This document shows, piece after piece, positions 49,101-63,700 of a stretch of DNA of 64,000 nt. Source of the DNA: Adineta vaga (taxonomy: Eukaryota; Animalia; Rotifera). The DNA lies in assembly GCA_021613535.1 (NCBI GenBank), contig CP075496.1:12586001-12650000 (forward strand), read 5' to 3'. Within the stretch, counting starts at the first letter, position 1, and each line of letters opens with the position of its first letter. The position numbers were made by a program, and so were the translations under genes. The notes beneath the pieces were generated by a model, which worked only from the letters and a program-made list of their open reading frames with translations, was not told the origin of the DNA and searched no databases.

Positions 49101-52100
49101 TATATACTTGCTGTAGTTTAATGATAAAATGTGAATGATCTTTAAAGAAAAGAAAAAAAGAAAGATCTATTGAAATAAATTATTTGAAAAAAATAGATTC
49201 TATTAACTGAACGACTTCATCTGTTTTGTATTATAATTCTATTGATGTTATTTAGACCGGTACTTCATCATTGGCTATCAATATTCTTCATCCTCATAAA
49301 TCATCACGTCGACAACGACACTATGCAGCAGCAGCCGCTCAAGCATCAGCAGAAAGTGAGTTAAAGAACAACAATTGTATCGATTCTCGCGTTGTCTCTT
49401 CGAAACATATTTATATTTATGCGAACAGTTTCCTCTGTTTCTCTCTTTCGCCCCTGGCCTCAAGGCGATCTCTTTTTTCGCTCTCTTCAATATATCTCTC
49501 GGCAAGATACATTGACTGTCATCCTATCATTGTCATTGCCTGTTATATACAATGATCAAACTTATTCTCTCATAGAAGTCAGTTAGCTCTACTTTGTATA
49601 ACTAGGATGATTTGACAGATGCTGCAACCTTTTCGACAAGAAACAGTTCTCTCTATTTCTTCGCACACCAGTTGTTTACAATAATCTGTCAAAAATCTTT
49701 TTGCCATCATATTCGAACCATTTACCATGCAAGTTTCTGATTAGATCTATATCTGTAGGTTTTTTTTATAATATACACATATACAACAATCATTTGTTAA
49801 TTCAATGTCTATTGAGAAATATAAGCAGACTAATCGATAAGTTAGTTTCATTTAATATGAGTTCATTTAGAATGTCAGTACATTGATAATAACTTGATGA
49901 CGAAATAAATATTGAGAAAAAAAAAGGATTTATTTCTAATGACATGTTTTTTCTTTGATTAGAATTTGAAGAAGATAGAAAGATATTTTTCTCGATGATT
50001 TTCTAATACTTAGCAGAGAAATTCATCAATCTGATTATCAAATTTCCTATCTATTTATTAGCAGATAGTTTTACCTTTGAGAAAATCTCGTTTTCTTTTT
50101 TCTTTTCTTTTTCATTTGCCATCTCTTATTATCTCGAGCATGTCTATCTAATATTTTCATTAACTGTTATGAAAAACGAGAAAACTCACGTTCTATTTTC
50201 ACTGACTAAAACACCCGGACAGTTGATTATGAACGTGTGTATACGAGAACGGTGTTTTTGTTCTATCGTTGTATATAAATGCGAGCGGCCGTGACTTCCG
50301 ATGGCGTTTTCATTATCCTTTCTTATTTTGGTTGATTTTTCTATCTAAGAAGAGAAGTGAAAACAAACCGAGAAAATCTTTTTCTAATAGTTTTCACTTA
50401 ACAAGAGTTTTCTATTCATTTATAACATCAATAAATATTTTCGTTTATAAATAAAAGAAACGTTCCTTTTTCTTTCTTTCTTTCTTTCTTTCCTTCTTTC
50501 ACACTTTCTCATACACCAATCAATTTTTTTCTGAAATCTATTCATGTCAAGAGAAGTCATAGTATCCATGTTGTATTTGAAAGAAAGACACGCCGTTAGG
50601 TAAGCTGAAGAAGCAATCTTTCCGTTAGAATCTTAGTTCAACAAAATAATACTTTAGCACGCAAGTTCATTTTCTTCTTCAATCTGCAAAACTAGAACTA
50701 TGACACGTTCATTTTTCGCTCGCATTCTTCTATTTATCTTCTCTGAAAAGTTATTATTATCTATTTTATATTATAGCTATAAAAAAACCAATTGTCATTC
50801 GATAGGATTATCGCACCGGAATCTAATACTTCCACCGGATTTTTCAAGTATAGATCTCTCTTCATAGTTCTCGCTTCTCAATAAACTTCTTTTTATATCA
50901 TGTTATTTTCCTATCCGAAACATGTTTCTCTAGTTCTCTCCCGTGACTTTATATTTTTAGGATCAACCTGTTCAGTTGTTTTCTGTAAAAAAAAAGAAGA
51001 TTTATATAGAATTACTCCCTCACGAAAGATAAATTTACATTGACTAGAATCGCGTAAGTGTATGTGACATACTGAATAATAGATTCATCGTTCTCTTCCT
51101 TTATTTTATTAAAATATTCATGTGAGAAAAATATATTTCATACAATTATCGACTAATTTCGAATTTTCTTTTTGTTTAAAATATCTTTGATGTTTCTATA
51201 AGAAGAAAGTTAATTTTAAATAGAACATCGAAGTAGAATTATTTTCATTTATTTTTACGAGTTCATATTTTTGTTTATGTAGTATCATTAAACTACTAAG
51301 AATAAGATTCACCTACTTTTCATTCGCTTCACTTGAGAAAGTCGATGAGAATAGAGAAGTTTTCCTTGTTTTAATGATCATCCTGTACTGTGAACATGTT
51401 GATTGGAGCACTCCTGTCAGTGCCAGTCTCATCATTTCCTGTTTCGTCATTCTTATTTTATTCAAAAATTATCTTTAGCAACATTATAAATATAGACAAA
51501 ACAGAAATCAATGGACCATTGTATCTCTATAGGTTATTTCGACTAGTATTTTTCTTCCTAGTTAAACTAAGTTAATCTTGTCGTTTCTACATTAAAATTA
51601 CTGTTTAATTGTATTACGATAGACTTTTGACATGCTGTTCGTCGTTCTTCTTTTTTTTTCAGTTAGTTATTTGTCTAGAAGGAGAAAAAAATACGAAGAA
51701 GACTAAAATGAAACGTCACTAGCACATACATATATGAAAGAATTCCACTGGTTGATGGATACACGTCTTACTGTCATAGATTTTCTTACGATTGTTATTA
51801 TGATTATTATTGTTATTGTTGTTCTTGTTCTTGTTTCGGATGATTGTTATATGATACTTATTTTTTAGCTCAAGCTCTCAATGATCGTCTATTTAAACGA
51901 TTTTCCGAACTAAGTCGACTGGCGACGAATAGCGAATGTATCGATCAATTGATGGATCTATTGCGTATGCAAAATTCCATGGACGAAATCTTATCTTTGA
52001 TAAGTCAAGCAACATCAGCACAAGTACATGCACGAATTGCTGAATTACTTCATACATTACTTAATGTAAGTTCATATTTTTTTCTTTTATATTTGAAAAC

Positions 52101-54732
52101 CATCAAACCAAAATCAAACGATTGATCGTAACATTATTCATAATGAAATCGATAGAAAATGTTTGTTAGTATCTCATGTTATATAGATTATCAAATTCTG
52201 TTACATATCCTACAATTGTATTAACTTTGGACTGTTGTATGGCATACTAAAATCAATAGAAGACAAACTTAATACAATTCTACGTACGCAACAGATTTGA
52301 TAATCTATATACCATCGAATAACGAGACTTTTTTTTGCTTCTAAAACATTACATCTGTTGCATTTAGTACTAAAAAGTATTCTTGTATATTATGAAATGC
52401 TTTTTCTCAAAAGATTTCTTTGAAAATTAAAAGTGACATATATAGTTGTATAGTAAAGATAATCCCTTTCAAGTATAAATACATTGCATGTTTTATTTGA
52501 ACTTGAATAGATGATGATGATGATGATGATTCAATGCATGAATAAAAATAGCTAAATAGATTTTTAAACAAAAGTCATAAGCTTTGACTTATATAAAGTA
52601 GATATTAGATGATGTCATCGCTCTCTTTCTGATAACATTCGAGGTACCTATGATTGTATATATTGAATAATTAGTATTCCTCTGAAACAAAACATGCTTA
52701 CAGATTTAAATAATTCTCTAAACATTAATCACAATGACAGTTGAATTAATTGAATAAAGATTTCTTTCTTTATTAATTAACATACCAATCATTAAATGAA
52801 AGACTTAAAAGGTTAAGATTTTTCTCTCAATAATAGAAGTTGACATGATTAGAAATGCAAACAAGAGCATAACATCTATGAGATTCTATATTTGTAATAA
52901 TGTCAAAGACGATTTTCGAACAAGGTTACGCATCAGACGATGATGGTGATTGTTATTTTAAATTACTATAGTCATCTAGATCATTCACATGTTTCCATAT
53001 AGTTTATTCAATTAGTTTTGAAAGGATGTATATGAATTCTAGTTTTGCTTTTTCATCCAAGAAAAAAAATCAGAATCAAAGAATATATCTTGATATTTTG
53101 TCATGTTCAATCAACTAGTCATCAATAAATAATAATCAAGGTCGAGAAAAGAAGAAATAGAGTTTGTTTTCTTCTATATCGAGAACAAAGTGGAGTTTTA
53201 TTAATTGTTATCATATCATCATTGGAACACTATTTATCGTCTCATATAGGAAAAGAAAAGAACAAAAAATAACCTGCTGCGTCATATTTGTCTTTATACT
53301 AGATATGATGTTGATATCACATCGTTTTGTTGAGTGAATACTGAAGCAGATGAAGATATAAGAGAATAAAATAAGAAGAATCAAACGTGGGTAGATCAAT
53401 GAAAAGCATAATAATCAATAGGATTTATATATTTGTATGTATTGATGTACTACTCCGCTGGTGCTTGTTTATCTATCATATAAAAGAATAAAGAGCGAAA
53501 CAAAGGAATCTTCGTCTGTTTATATAACAGTATGTATGTATGTACACGTAGAACAAAAGAGAAGATGATAGAGAAACAGGAATAGGAAGACGAAAAACAA
53601 AACTGTCGTTCCGCTATTGTGATGTTAGAAGTAATTGCAACTAATGATGTTCTCTACTGTATATTGTATTTGATATCATTGAAATCTATAGAAAAATAGT
53701 TGAGGAAGTAGTTTTTATATATTCTCTTTCACTCACTCACTATGAACGAGATAGATAGATAGAAGAAAACATTGTCTAGAAGTTTATTCGTTATATATGC
53801 TTCAAATGAATATAAATGAGAGTGGTTATTCTTGTTGTTGAATCATTTCCGTCATCATGTTTCTACTACAATGTCCCAAGACGAATTTATTTGATTCTTT
53901 TCGCGTCAGTTTTTCCTTGTATATTTCTTTTTAAATATAATAATGTCATAGTAGTAGCGACAAACGAACAAAAGAAAGGAAAGTTTAATTTTAAGATAAA
54001 ATTTTTCTTTTTCTTCTTCATCTAATATTAATAATAATTACTAAGATTTGACGGAACAAATCAAAATGAGCAAGACGTTAGAAAAAGATGACTTTTCTTC
54101 ATTGATCTTTCTCTATACTATACAATTAACTAAATGTACTCAAGATGATAAAAGAAATGAACGATAAGCTATTCCATGCCCATTAGCACCGGTATCTAAA
54201 TGTTGCTAAAAAAGAGAAAATAGCATTGATCCATGTCACGTCAACAGATGATAATGAAGACAGGTAATCTGCGAAACTCCAGAGAATGTCACACACATGT
54301 AGACATCATTATCGACTTGCATATTGACGACTAAATCGTCCCAAGAGAACGAGATCTATCTATCATAAGAAGAAATCTTCAGAATGCAAGTCGAAAGATA
54401 TAAAAATCATATTACCAAAGAAATTGAAAATCATTTTTCTTCATCTCTTATCGTTCGAAAATATGGAGAAGTTTTGATAATCATCGAATGTCAAAGTCAA
54501 TGTTAAACAGAGTATAACATGATTTTCTCATGTTACTATCGTAGCAAGAGAGCACAAGCACAGCGTCACGTCCGTTCCGTAGACGACAAGCGGAAGAGCA
54601 GCGAGCGAACGCGTCAACAACTACGACAAAAGAAGAATAGAAGAGAAACAGAGCGAGTAGCAAATCATTTCGTCGAAAATGGGAAGGAGAGATCCTAATA
54701 GATAGATAGATAGATAGATAGAGAAATAGACA

Positions 54733-54766
<34 letters not shown>

Positions 54767-57700
54767 TGTCATTCATAGCAAACAGAGTATCATTTGATTG
54801 CACTTATTATTGATATAAAGTTTTTCTTTTCTCTTATCCATGACTGCTCAGGTTTGTTTCATAGATCACATTGAAATATTTATATAGTTTCTTAATTCTT
54901 TTCCTTGTCGATATTTAGACATGTTATCAAGAATTTTTACGCAATCATGATAAACGTGATCATGTGGAAAAATTTCAAGTACATACAAAAAAATTATTGG
55001 ATATTTCATTGGAATTATTATCGAGTGATATGGTTAATATGCAATATTTAGCATTGATAACAATCAATCGTTTATATGATGTTTATGTATATCACAATTT
55101 AATCAATCCAGGTCGCTATAATGCATGTTATATTCCACCATCACGTCGACAATTAACATTAAATTCTATGACCAATTCCAATTCATCAACATCAAATATA
55201 AATCCATCGGATGATACTAAAACAGGAAATGATCGTTTACCGAAAACATCCGCATTATCAAGTATTTTACGAAAAATATCGCGAGAAACAGATGAAAAAC
55301 GTGCAGTCGCAGCGGCAGCAACTGGTGGAAATACGTATTTAAGTTCAAAATTATCATCGAATACAACACAACAAACATCTGGTCCAGGACCAGGCGGTGG
55401 TAATGGAAACACTAGTAATAATACTACGGGAAATACTGGCGGTCTGTTAACACGTGAAACATCAAAACGATGGATTCCATTGTATAGTAATGATAATCTT
55501 GCTCCGACATCATCATCACCATCTCCTGTTCCACCATCTTCATCTCCAAATATTTCATCATCACAAGGACCAAAACTCTCATCATCAGATTTAACAAATT
55601 CTCAAGCATCACCATCAAATCTTTCTAAATCTCATTTACTTAATTCAGAAAATTCATCAACAAATAATTCATCAACCGCATCAAATGATAATACCAATAC
55701 TGCCTATACATATGAACCATTTTCTCTTCTCTATAAAATCGAACCAATACATTTATTACGTTTAATGCGTACACGTTTGGATGCTCATCGTCGAGAATTT
55801 AATAATCGACCAAAATGTGTTCCATCTACACGTTCACCCTTATGTACCCATCATTGCGTTGTGATTTTAGCTGCACGTATATTAACTATACTTTGTCAAG
55901 ATCACACATTTCAAATGAGATTTATTAGTACAAAAGAAAATCTTGCTATTATTATTGATATGTTAAATATTAATAATGATCCGGTAAATATTCTTGAGAT
56001 ATGATAATATGAAGAAGAAGTTATTTCATCGATTGCTTTTCTATTCCTAATATCTTGACATCAATTCAATAGAAACAGAAAGAAATCAAAATTCAATTAT
56101 GTAGATAATGTTAATCAGAAACAAAACATACATTCTTTTCTTTTCCTAATGACAAAAATAGATCGAAAAGATTGAGACATGTCTTTTCTCTTTCTCTGAT
56201 ATTAAATTAGATCAATAACATCATTTTTGCATATTTGTTCTTTTTTTTTCCTCATTAAGCATTTAATCTGTTTAATTCTTCAAACATTGGGTGTTGTGGC
56301 ATTAAATCCTGATTCTCATGAGGTTTTAACTCAAGCAGATATTCCTGATACTGTTTTACATTTAATTCTGCCAGCTGATGAAATGTTTTATACCAATCAA
56401 ACAACGAAATTTGCTCGCTATGTGAAACATCTTGGTGCAAGAATTCTTGTTTATATGGGTTTATTAACTAAAGTTAGCAATAAAGTGAATCTCTTCGATA
56501 TTCTTGGTAAGTTTTAAAAAAGAAAAGAAATAGATGGATGAATATGTCTGATTCTAACAGTGAAGATGAATAATTCTAACTGTGAAGATAAGATCTTTCC
56601 GTTATCCATTTCATAATGTAATTAAACAGCAAGAAATAACCTTCATAGTTAATAATATATCGTGAGAAAATGAAACAATTAAAATTGTTTTTCTCATAAA
56701 CGATGATAGGAAAAGCTTTTTTCGTCTAAGTATCGGTTGTTATGATCGATGTTGAGACTCATTCATCTCATCATAGAGCTAAGACTAAAAAAGATCGATG
56801 TTTCTCAAGATAAAAGAAAGTTGGAGGTCAAGAAGATTGTTTCCCATTGATCGATTGTTCTTGTCGAAAACGGAAGATAAAAGAAATTTATGTTTGATTA
56901 TATCATAAAAACGAATAACATTGAAAAAGAATTATTTATTAATATTGTTATTTTAATTATTAGATGTTGAACCAGATCCACTTGATTGTGATAAACCACA
57001 ATCTTTTGAAAATAACTTTGTTCATCATATGGCTATTGGAGAAACAGTAGTAGGAACATTATGGACATCATTTGCTGGCATTTGTATTGAAAAATTACTC
57101 GATGAATTACTTAAAGTATATAGAACAAACACAATATATTTGACAGAGAATTTTCAAATCTTCTTTCTTTCTCTATTCAGAATGGAATCAATCAAAAGAA
57201 ATTTCCATCGAAAGAATCTCAAGATCCATCGCAAGTACCAACGAGTCCAACATCTCCAACAGCAATGTTGAATTCAAGTGATAGTCTTCTTTATAATCTT
57301 TCATATTTATCATCTGTGATACATCCTGTTATCATACTTCGTCTACTTGAACATCGTTTATTTACACCATTATTTAAGAAAAAAGCTGTGACAAGTAATC
57401 CACCAACAGCAGTTAATCCTCAACCAGTTAATGAAACTAAAACTTCAACTTCAACAGTAACACCAAATATTGGAACATCTGCTCTGGCATCAATTCCAAC
57501 ATTACCAAAACCAGATCCATTCAAACGACAACGTAGTTCATTATCAAAAGATAGTTTTTCATCAACGAATAATCATGATCGTTCATCATTATTAACAAAA
57601 TTTACACATTCAACCTATGATAAACATCGAAAATCATCGAAAAATACAACACCAAGTCCATCTTTATCAGGTTTTGCATCAACAAATCCTCAAATATCAA

Positions 57701-60700
57701 CCAATCCTACTTTACCAATAACCGTAACATCATCAACAAATGGTATAAATACGAATGATTTAGCATCATTTTTACCAATAAATAATTCCAATTCAACAAG
57801 TTCACGAAAATGGTTTTGGAGAAATTCAGAAAAAAGTACGCAATCGAACATTCCCAATGATCGTAATCCATTATTACAAGCTATTGTTGAAACTGATACA
57901 TCTACAACAGTTAATCACAATCAATCAACATCAAATCCACCGATCAGCAATGGTACTGGTGCTGGTGATATGAAATTATTAGAGAAAGAATTATTAAATC
58001 TACCTTCATTTCAATTGAGTGATTCACAAAATCCTCTATTACCAAGTCCAACAAGTTTAAATTATGATTTTTCAACTCAATTTGATCAAACAAATCCATC
58101 TATTAAAGAACATAATTCATCAAATGGTTTATTCAAACCAAAGTTAACTAATGCTGATTGTAAGTAACAAACAGAAACATGAATAGGAAGAGAAGAAAAA
58201 AGAAAACGATTTTTCAGATATGAATAATAGTTTTGTTTTTTTTGCATGTTTTCTTAATCGATGCAAAAAAAACCGATAATGAGAAATCAATGCGTGCATG
58301 AGTATCATTAGGTTCGAGTAGAATTGATTTATTAGATCTTCTTATATAATATACACATGTATTCGTTATGGTCAAAAGATAACTTATTTTCATACGATAA
58401 AATTTCTTTTCTAGCAAATTCATCTGTCACAGAAAATGGGTGTGGTAATAGTCTCTTAACAACACTAAATATTCCATTTGTTGCTGTACGCACTCCATCT
58501 GATGATAGTAATAGATCATCAAGTCATAATAGTACTCCATCAAGACATTTATCATCGTCAGACAATCGTCAACAACGTTCTTTATCAAATACACGTATGT
58601 CAGTACGTGAAACTGTGAAAAGTTTATTTCGTTCATCAAAAACCTTTGATCATATGTCGCGTGCGACAACAAATGGAAATCATTCGATATGTAATCGAAC
58701 GCTTTCAAAATTGAAATCTTCATCACTATTAATGAAGAATCAATTATCTCATTCACAACCAATTGTAACTGAATCATTGATAAATGAAAATATTCATTTC
58801 GAATCACCATTGATTAGTCATAGTGAACAAACACCATTACTTGATCGTCGAGATGAATCAAAACGACAAAATCATACAAAAAGTTCCTTTGATAATCGTA
58901 ATAATCATCAGACAAATAATCAGAATAATGAAAAACAAATACGTTTAAATCGTCATGGACTACATTTAGCACTTGATATCGAAGGTTTACATCGTAGTCG
59001 TTCATGTACGGATGAAATTATAAATCCATCAAATCATCAAGAAAACGATTTATTAAATGGTACGTCGACTACACCAGTACACACATCAAATCTTCAACCA
59101 GATACTACGTCATTACGTTCGTCAGATAGTACAGCATCATCTTTATCTGCATATTTATCACCACAACAACCAATAACAACACAATTATCAGCACCATCCG
59201 GAATGACTAGTCACGGAAAGAATGAAGCAAATAAATCTCAAGAATCTTTATTTAGTTTTCCATCACCAATACAAAAACAACCATCATTTAAATCATTGAT
59301 TATGGCTGCAGCAACTAAAGATACAGCTACAAAACAAGGCAATGAAGTTCTGTTCCTTATCGCTAATTGGGTATTACGATCACCTGAAGATTTTCAAGGT
59401 AAAAGATTCAAATCTCTTTCATGTTTTTTTTGTATTTCTGATTGATAATTTAGATTATTTGGTTCAAAAAGAATTGAGAAGTTTTTTTACTCTTTTGGAA
59501 TCATTGCGTAGTTCATTTCGTAGTTGGACAAGTCAAATCAAAGAAATTCTTGCTCTTCAAGTAAACATTCTTTTGATTTGAAACAAAAATGAAAATTTCG
59601 GAAAACTTTTTTTCTACTTAGGATATTGAATCGCCATTAGGAACAGAAATGGATGATGCAACTAATGAAGATATCTATCGAGAATATATTAAAATGCAAC
59701 GAGATATTGTTTCAGGACGATTAATTTGTTCAAAAGAAGAAGCAGCAACATTGGCTGCTGTACAATTACGTCTTGAAGCATGGCCAGAAGAAAATCTTGA
59801 TTTAGCTGAAGGTAATTTTCTTTTTGTTTTTCATTAATTCGAATGGTGATTGTAATAACTTTCTTAGATGATGAATTACATACATTAAATTTATCCTTAA
59901 ATGATCAAAATTCTCCTTCACCATTAACGAATACAGGTGGTATGTCAGGTTTACATTCAATGACAGCGTCATGGCGTGATCGTCGTCGTCGTAATCTGAT
60001 AAAATTTCGTTTAACTGATATTCCTTGTTGTAAACGTGTCGATTCAAGTATTCATAAATCGAAAAAACCATTTCTTCCACCAGATTTTCGTCATAGTAAT
60101 GAAATACTTAAATTAATCAAAGATAAACAACGAAAATTATTTCATATTAATGATTATGATAATCCAACACGTTTAAAAGAATGTTACGTACGTTTATGTC
60201 GAAATTTATCGTGTTATAATGCGGAAATGTATGTCGTAAAAGAACTTCATGGCAAACGATCAAAACGAAAAGTTTGTTTCGAAGAAAAAAAATCATTTAG
60301 TTCTTTGATTATTTTCTTTATTCATTATTTTAGGGCAATCGAATCTTATGTATTCGGTCAGATAAAATCTGTTTATTAGATATGAAAACACGTATTATTT
60401 ATAAAGAACAACGTATTGCTGATCTTGAACATTGGATAACAAGTGGACATCATTTAAGTGCAGGAACGAATGATCTTGTTTTAGAATTTCGAAATAAAAC
60501 TAAATGGCGTTTACAATTAAATAATACGGCTGATTTACGTGCTATTACTGTTTATCTATGGAAAATAGTTAATGTCGAAGGTTTTGCTTTATTTGACAAA
60601 CACATTCCATTAAATTCATCAATGCGTCGTTATTCTCAATCACACCAAACGGGTCGTCGAATGACACTTGTATCATCATCACTATTACCTAATTCAAATA

Positions 60701-63700
60701 AGAATCCATATCAGACAATTGCTGATATGTATAATAAATCAACACATCCTTCAAATAAACAACCGATGTCAACAACAGATCATATACAAAATTTAGCATA
60801 TTTAATGCAACAAAATCGGACAACAACAATATCGGGAATCTTAACGAATTCATCATATATTCATCCATCGGATAATACTCAACCGATTTGTTTCTCGTCG
60901 GATCTTGAAGAATTGAAATATTTATTTGATTTTCCTGAAGAAGTTGCAATGCGTTTGACAGAAATTGAACATGAAATATTTCTTAGTGTACCACCATTAC
61001 AATATCTTAGACATTTAACATTAGATATGTCATTTTTATCAACAAATGATACATCAATACAAGGAAAAAGTATTCGAATTCTTGTACAACGTTTTCAAGC
61101 TGTATGTTATTCTGAAAATTTTGCTCGAGAAAATATTGATTTTTCTTTCAGGTTGGATCATTTATTCAACAATTAATTGTTTCACAAACAAGTTTTCAAG
61201 AACGTAAAGCCATCGTTGCTTCTATTCTTCGATGTGCAATTACTTGTTGGTATATGGGAAATTTTAATAGTGCAATGCAAATATTAGCTGGATTAAAGTA
61301 TGTTTAATTTGATGAACAAAATGAGTCGATGATAATCTTTTCTGTTTATTTGATAGAATCGAAGCATTTCGACCATTATGGTTAACAATTACTGATGAAA
61401 TTCCGGGTTTTAAATTTCTTACTGATGCATTTAATTCAAATGAAAAAACACCTCAATATTGCGATGCTGTTAGTCGAGCTTTAGATATTCCAACTTGTAA
61501 AGTTGTACCATTTTTTGGTACTTTTCTAAAAGATCTCCGCTCAATATTGAGTAGTGTACCAAGTATTGTTGTTCTATGTAATCGTAATACACAAAAACCA
61601 ATTGAAGTAAGTTATTTTTATGAATAGAAAGTTTTGTATAAATACATCTCATATTGATAGACGGTGTCTGATTTTCAAAATCAAGAACATTTTCTTACTC
61701 GTAAGTTTTGATTGTAGCTTATGAAAAATCTATAGGATGAATATTATTTTTTTTTGCATTACAAGGTGTTGGTGTTGGTGGTTTGATCAATACAAGAAAA
61801 ATTGAACTTGTTCATATGGTCTTAAAAGATATTGCTATGTTTCACAATCGTCATCGTCGTCAACCATTATTTAAATGTTGTAATGATTTAAATCGTATTA
61901 AATTACCTTCACCATCAGTAATACCAGACATGAAAGAAAAACATTCAGCTACTGTATGTACAGGTGCCGAAACAGGTTCATCGGATAAGTATGTATACGT
62001 TATTTTTCTTATTTGGACACTAAAATGTATTGATTTAGATTAACAAAACCAAAATATAATCGACATCAATCATTTCCATGTGCATCAACGACAAATAATG
62101 AATATGATCAACATCGCACAGCGAACATAGCAATTAAAGTCATTGGTGATAATGAAACATCGAATTTGAATGATGATGAAACAGCATATGGAAGAAATTC
62201 TGTTTTACCCTATCGTTCAACATTAGATATTGATGAACCGGAAACCTATTATTGTTTGAATGTATCATTTTATCAACCAATAACACAACCAAAACATAAT
62301 CATGAAGTTTCGCTTTTATCAATGCATCATATTGTTGATTTTAATAACTTACAAATGCTTCGGTTTGTTTTAATTTTTATTCTTAATAAAACAGATTGAT
62401 TCAATCTTTTTTCTTCGTATCTATCTGTAGAAATGGAACTACATTAATACTTTATGATGAAGATACAATGCATACATGTTTAGTTACTGTTCGACTTGAA
62501 TTGGATAATTGTACATTAACTTGGTAAAATCAAAGCAATTTTTTCTACGGATTTCTATATTCTATTTCTTTTCTATCTTTCAGGACAAAACCTTCTTGGG
62601 ATACACATCGAAGTATTGAAAATGTAAATACAGCTAATCAAATGTCAAGTGAAGCTGCACATTATTCAATTCTAATGAAACGTTATATCTTACGTGATGT
62701 AGCATTTGTTGATATGGATGAAGGTTTTCTTCAATTAAAATATGTTAAACATATTCGAAGTGGTATACTTCATTGTGATCTTCTTCCAGTTATAAAACGT
62801 TATAAATTAACTGATATATCTAATCCAGAAAATTGTTTTACCGTTGTTTATGGTGCATCAATTAATGAAAACAAGTAAATTATTTCTCATGAATCTTTTG
62901 TTTTGTTTTTATGATCATCATTTTTTTTGTGTTTAAAGGTCACTTTGTTTTATCAGTCCAAAATATTGTTCACAAATTTGGTATTCGAGCATCGATAAAT
63001 TAGTTACACAATATCGTAAACATCGTCTTTGTTCGGATCGACGTATTGTTTGGCTTAAAAATCAATATTTATCATTATATCATGAAAATGAACGTTTTCA
63101 AGGACCGACGCCCATGCATGCAATACTTGTCTTTGGTGGACGACAATGGAATTCCAGTTCATTATTTTCATACGAACGTGATCATCCATCATCGAAAAAA
63201 GCCAGTAGTGTGATGAAATCATGGTCAAATTTAGCATTAAGACGACGAAATAAATTCGAACAGGTATAATAAACTTATATTCAATGGCAAGATATTTTTG
63301 AAAAGAAATATCTTTCTAGGATCGTAAAGCAAGTTTTTCGACAGAATCTGATCCAACAGCTGCATCAAAATGGCAACAACAGAATTCGAATTTAGGTTTA
63401 CGTAATAAATCGAAAACACTTGATTATAAACCTAAATCAAATCTTATCACACACAATGTCAAACCTCCTCCTCGTTCATTAACACATCAAAGTAATTCTA
63501 AACAACGTCCTGGTACAACAGCACATCCATCAACACAACGTACAACAACAACAAGTACATTGAATAGTTTAATAAATACCAAACGATTAGCTAGTCGATT
63601 AGCAGCAGCACATACAAATAGTCAAGTACAAGATTCTTCATCACCATGGATTATTAATGAAACTTATATGGATTTTCCTGAGTTTGTTGAATTATTTAAA

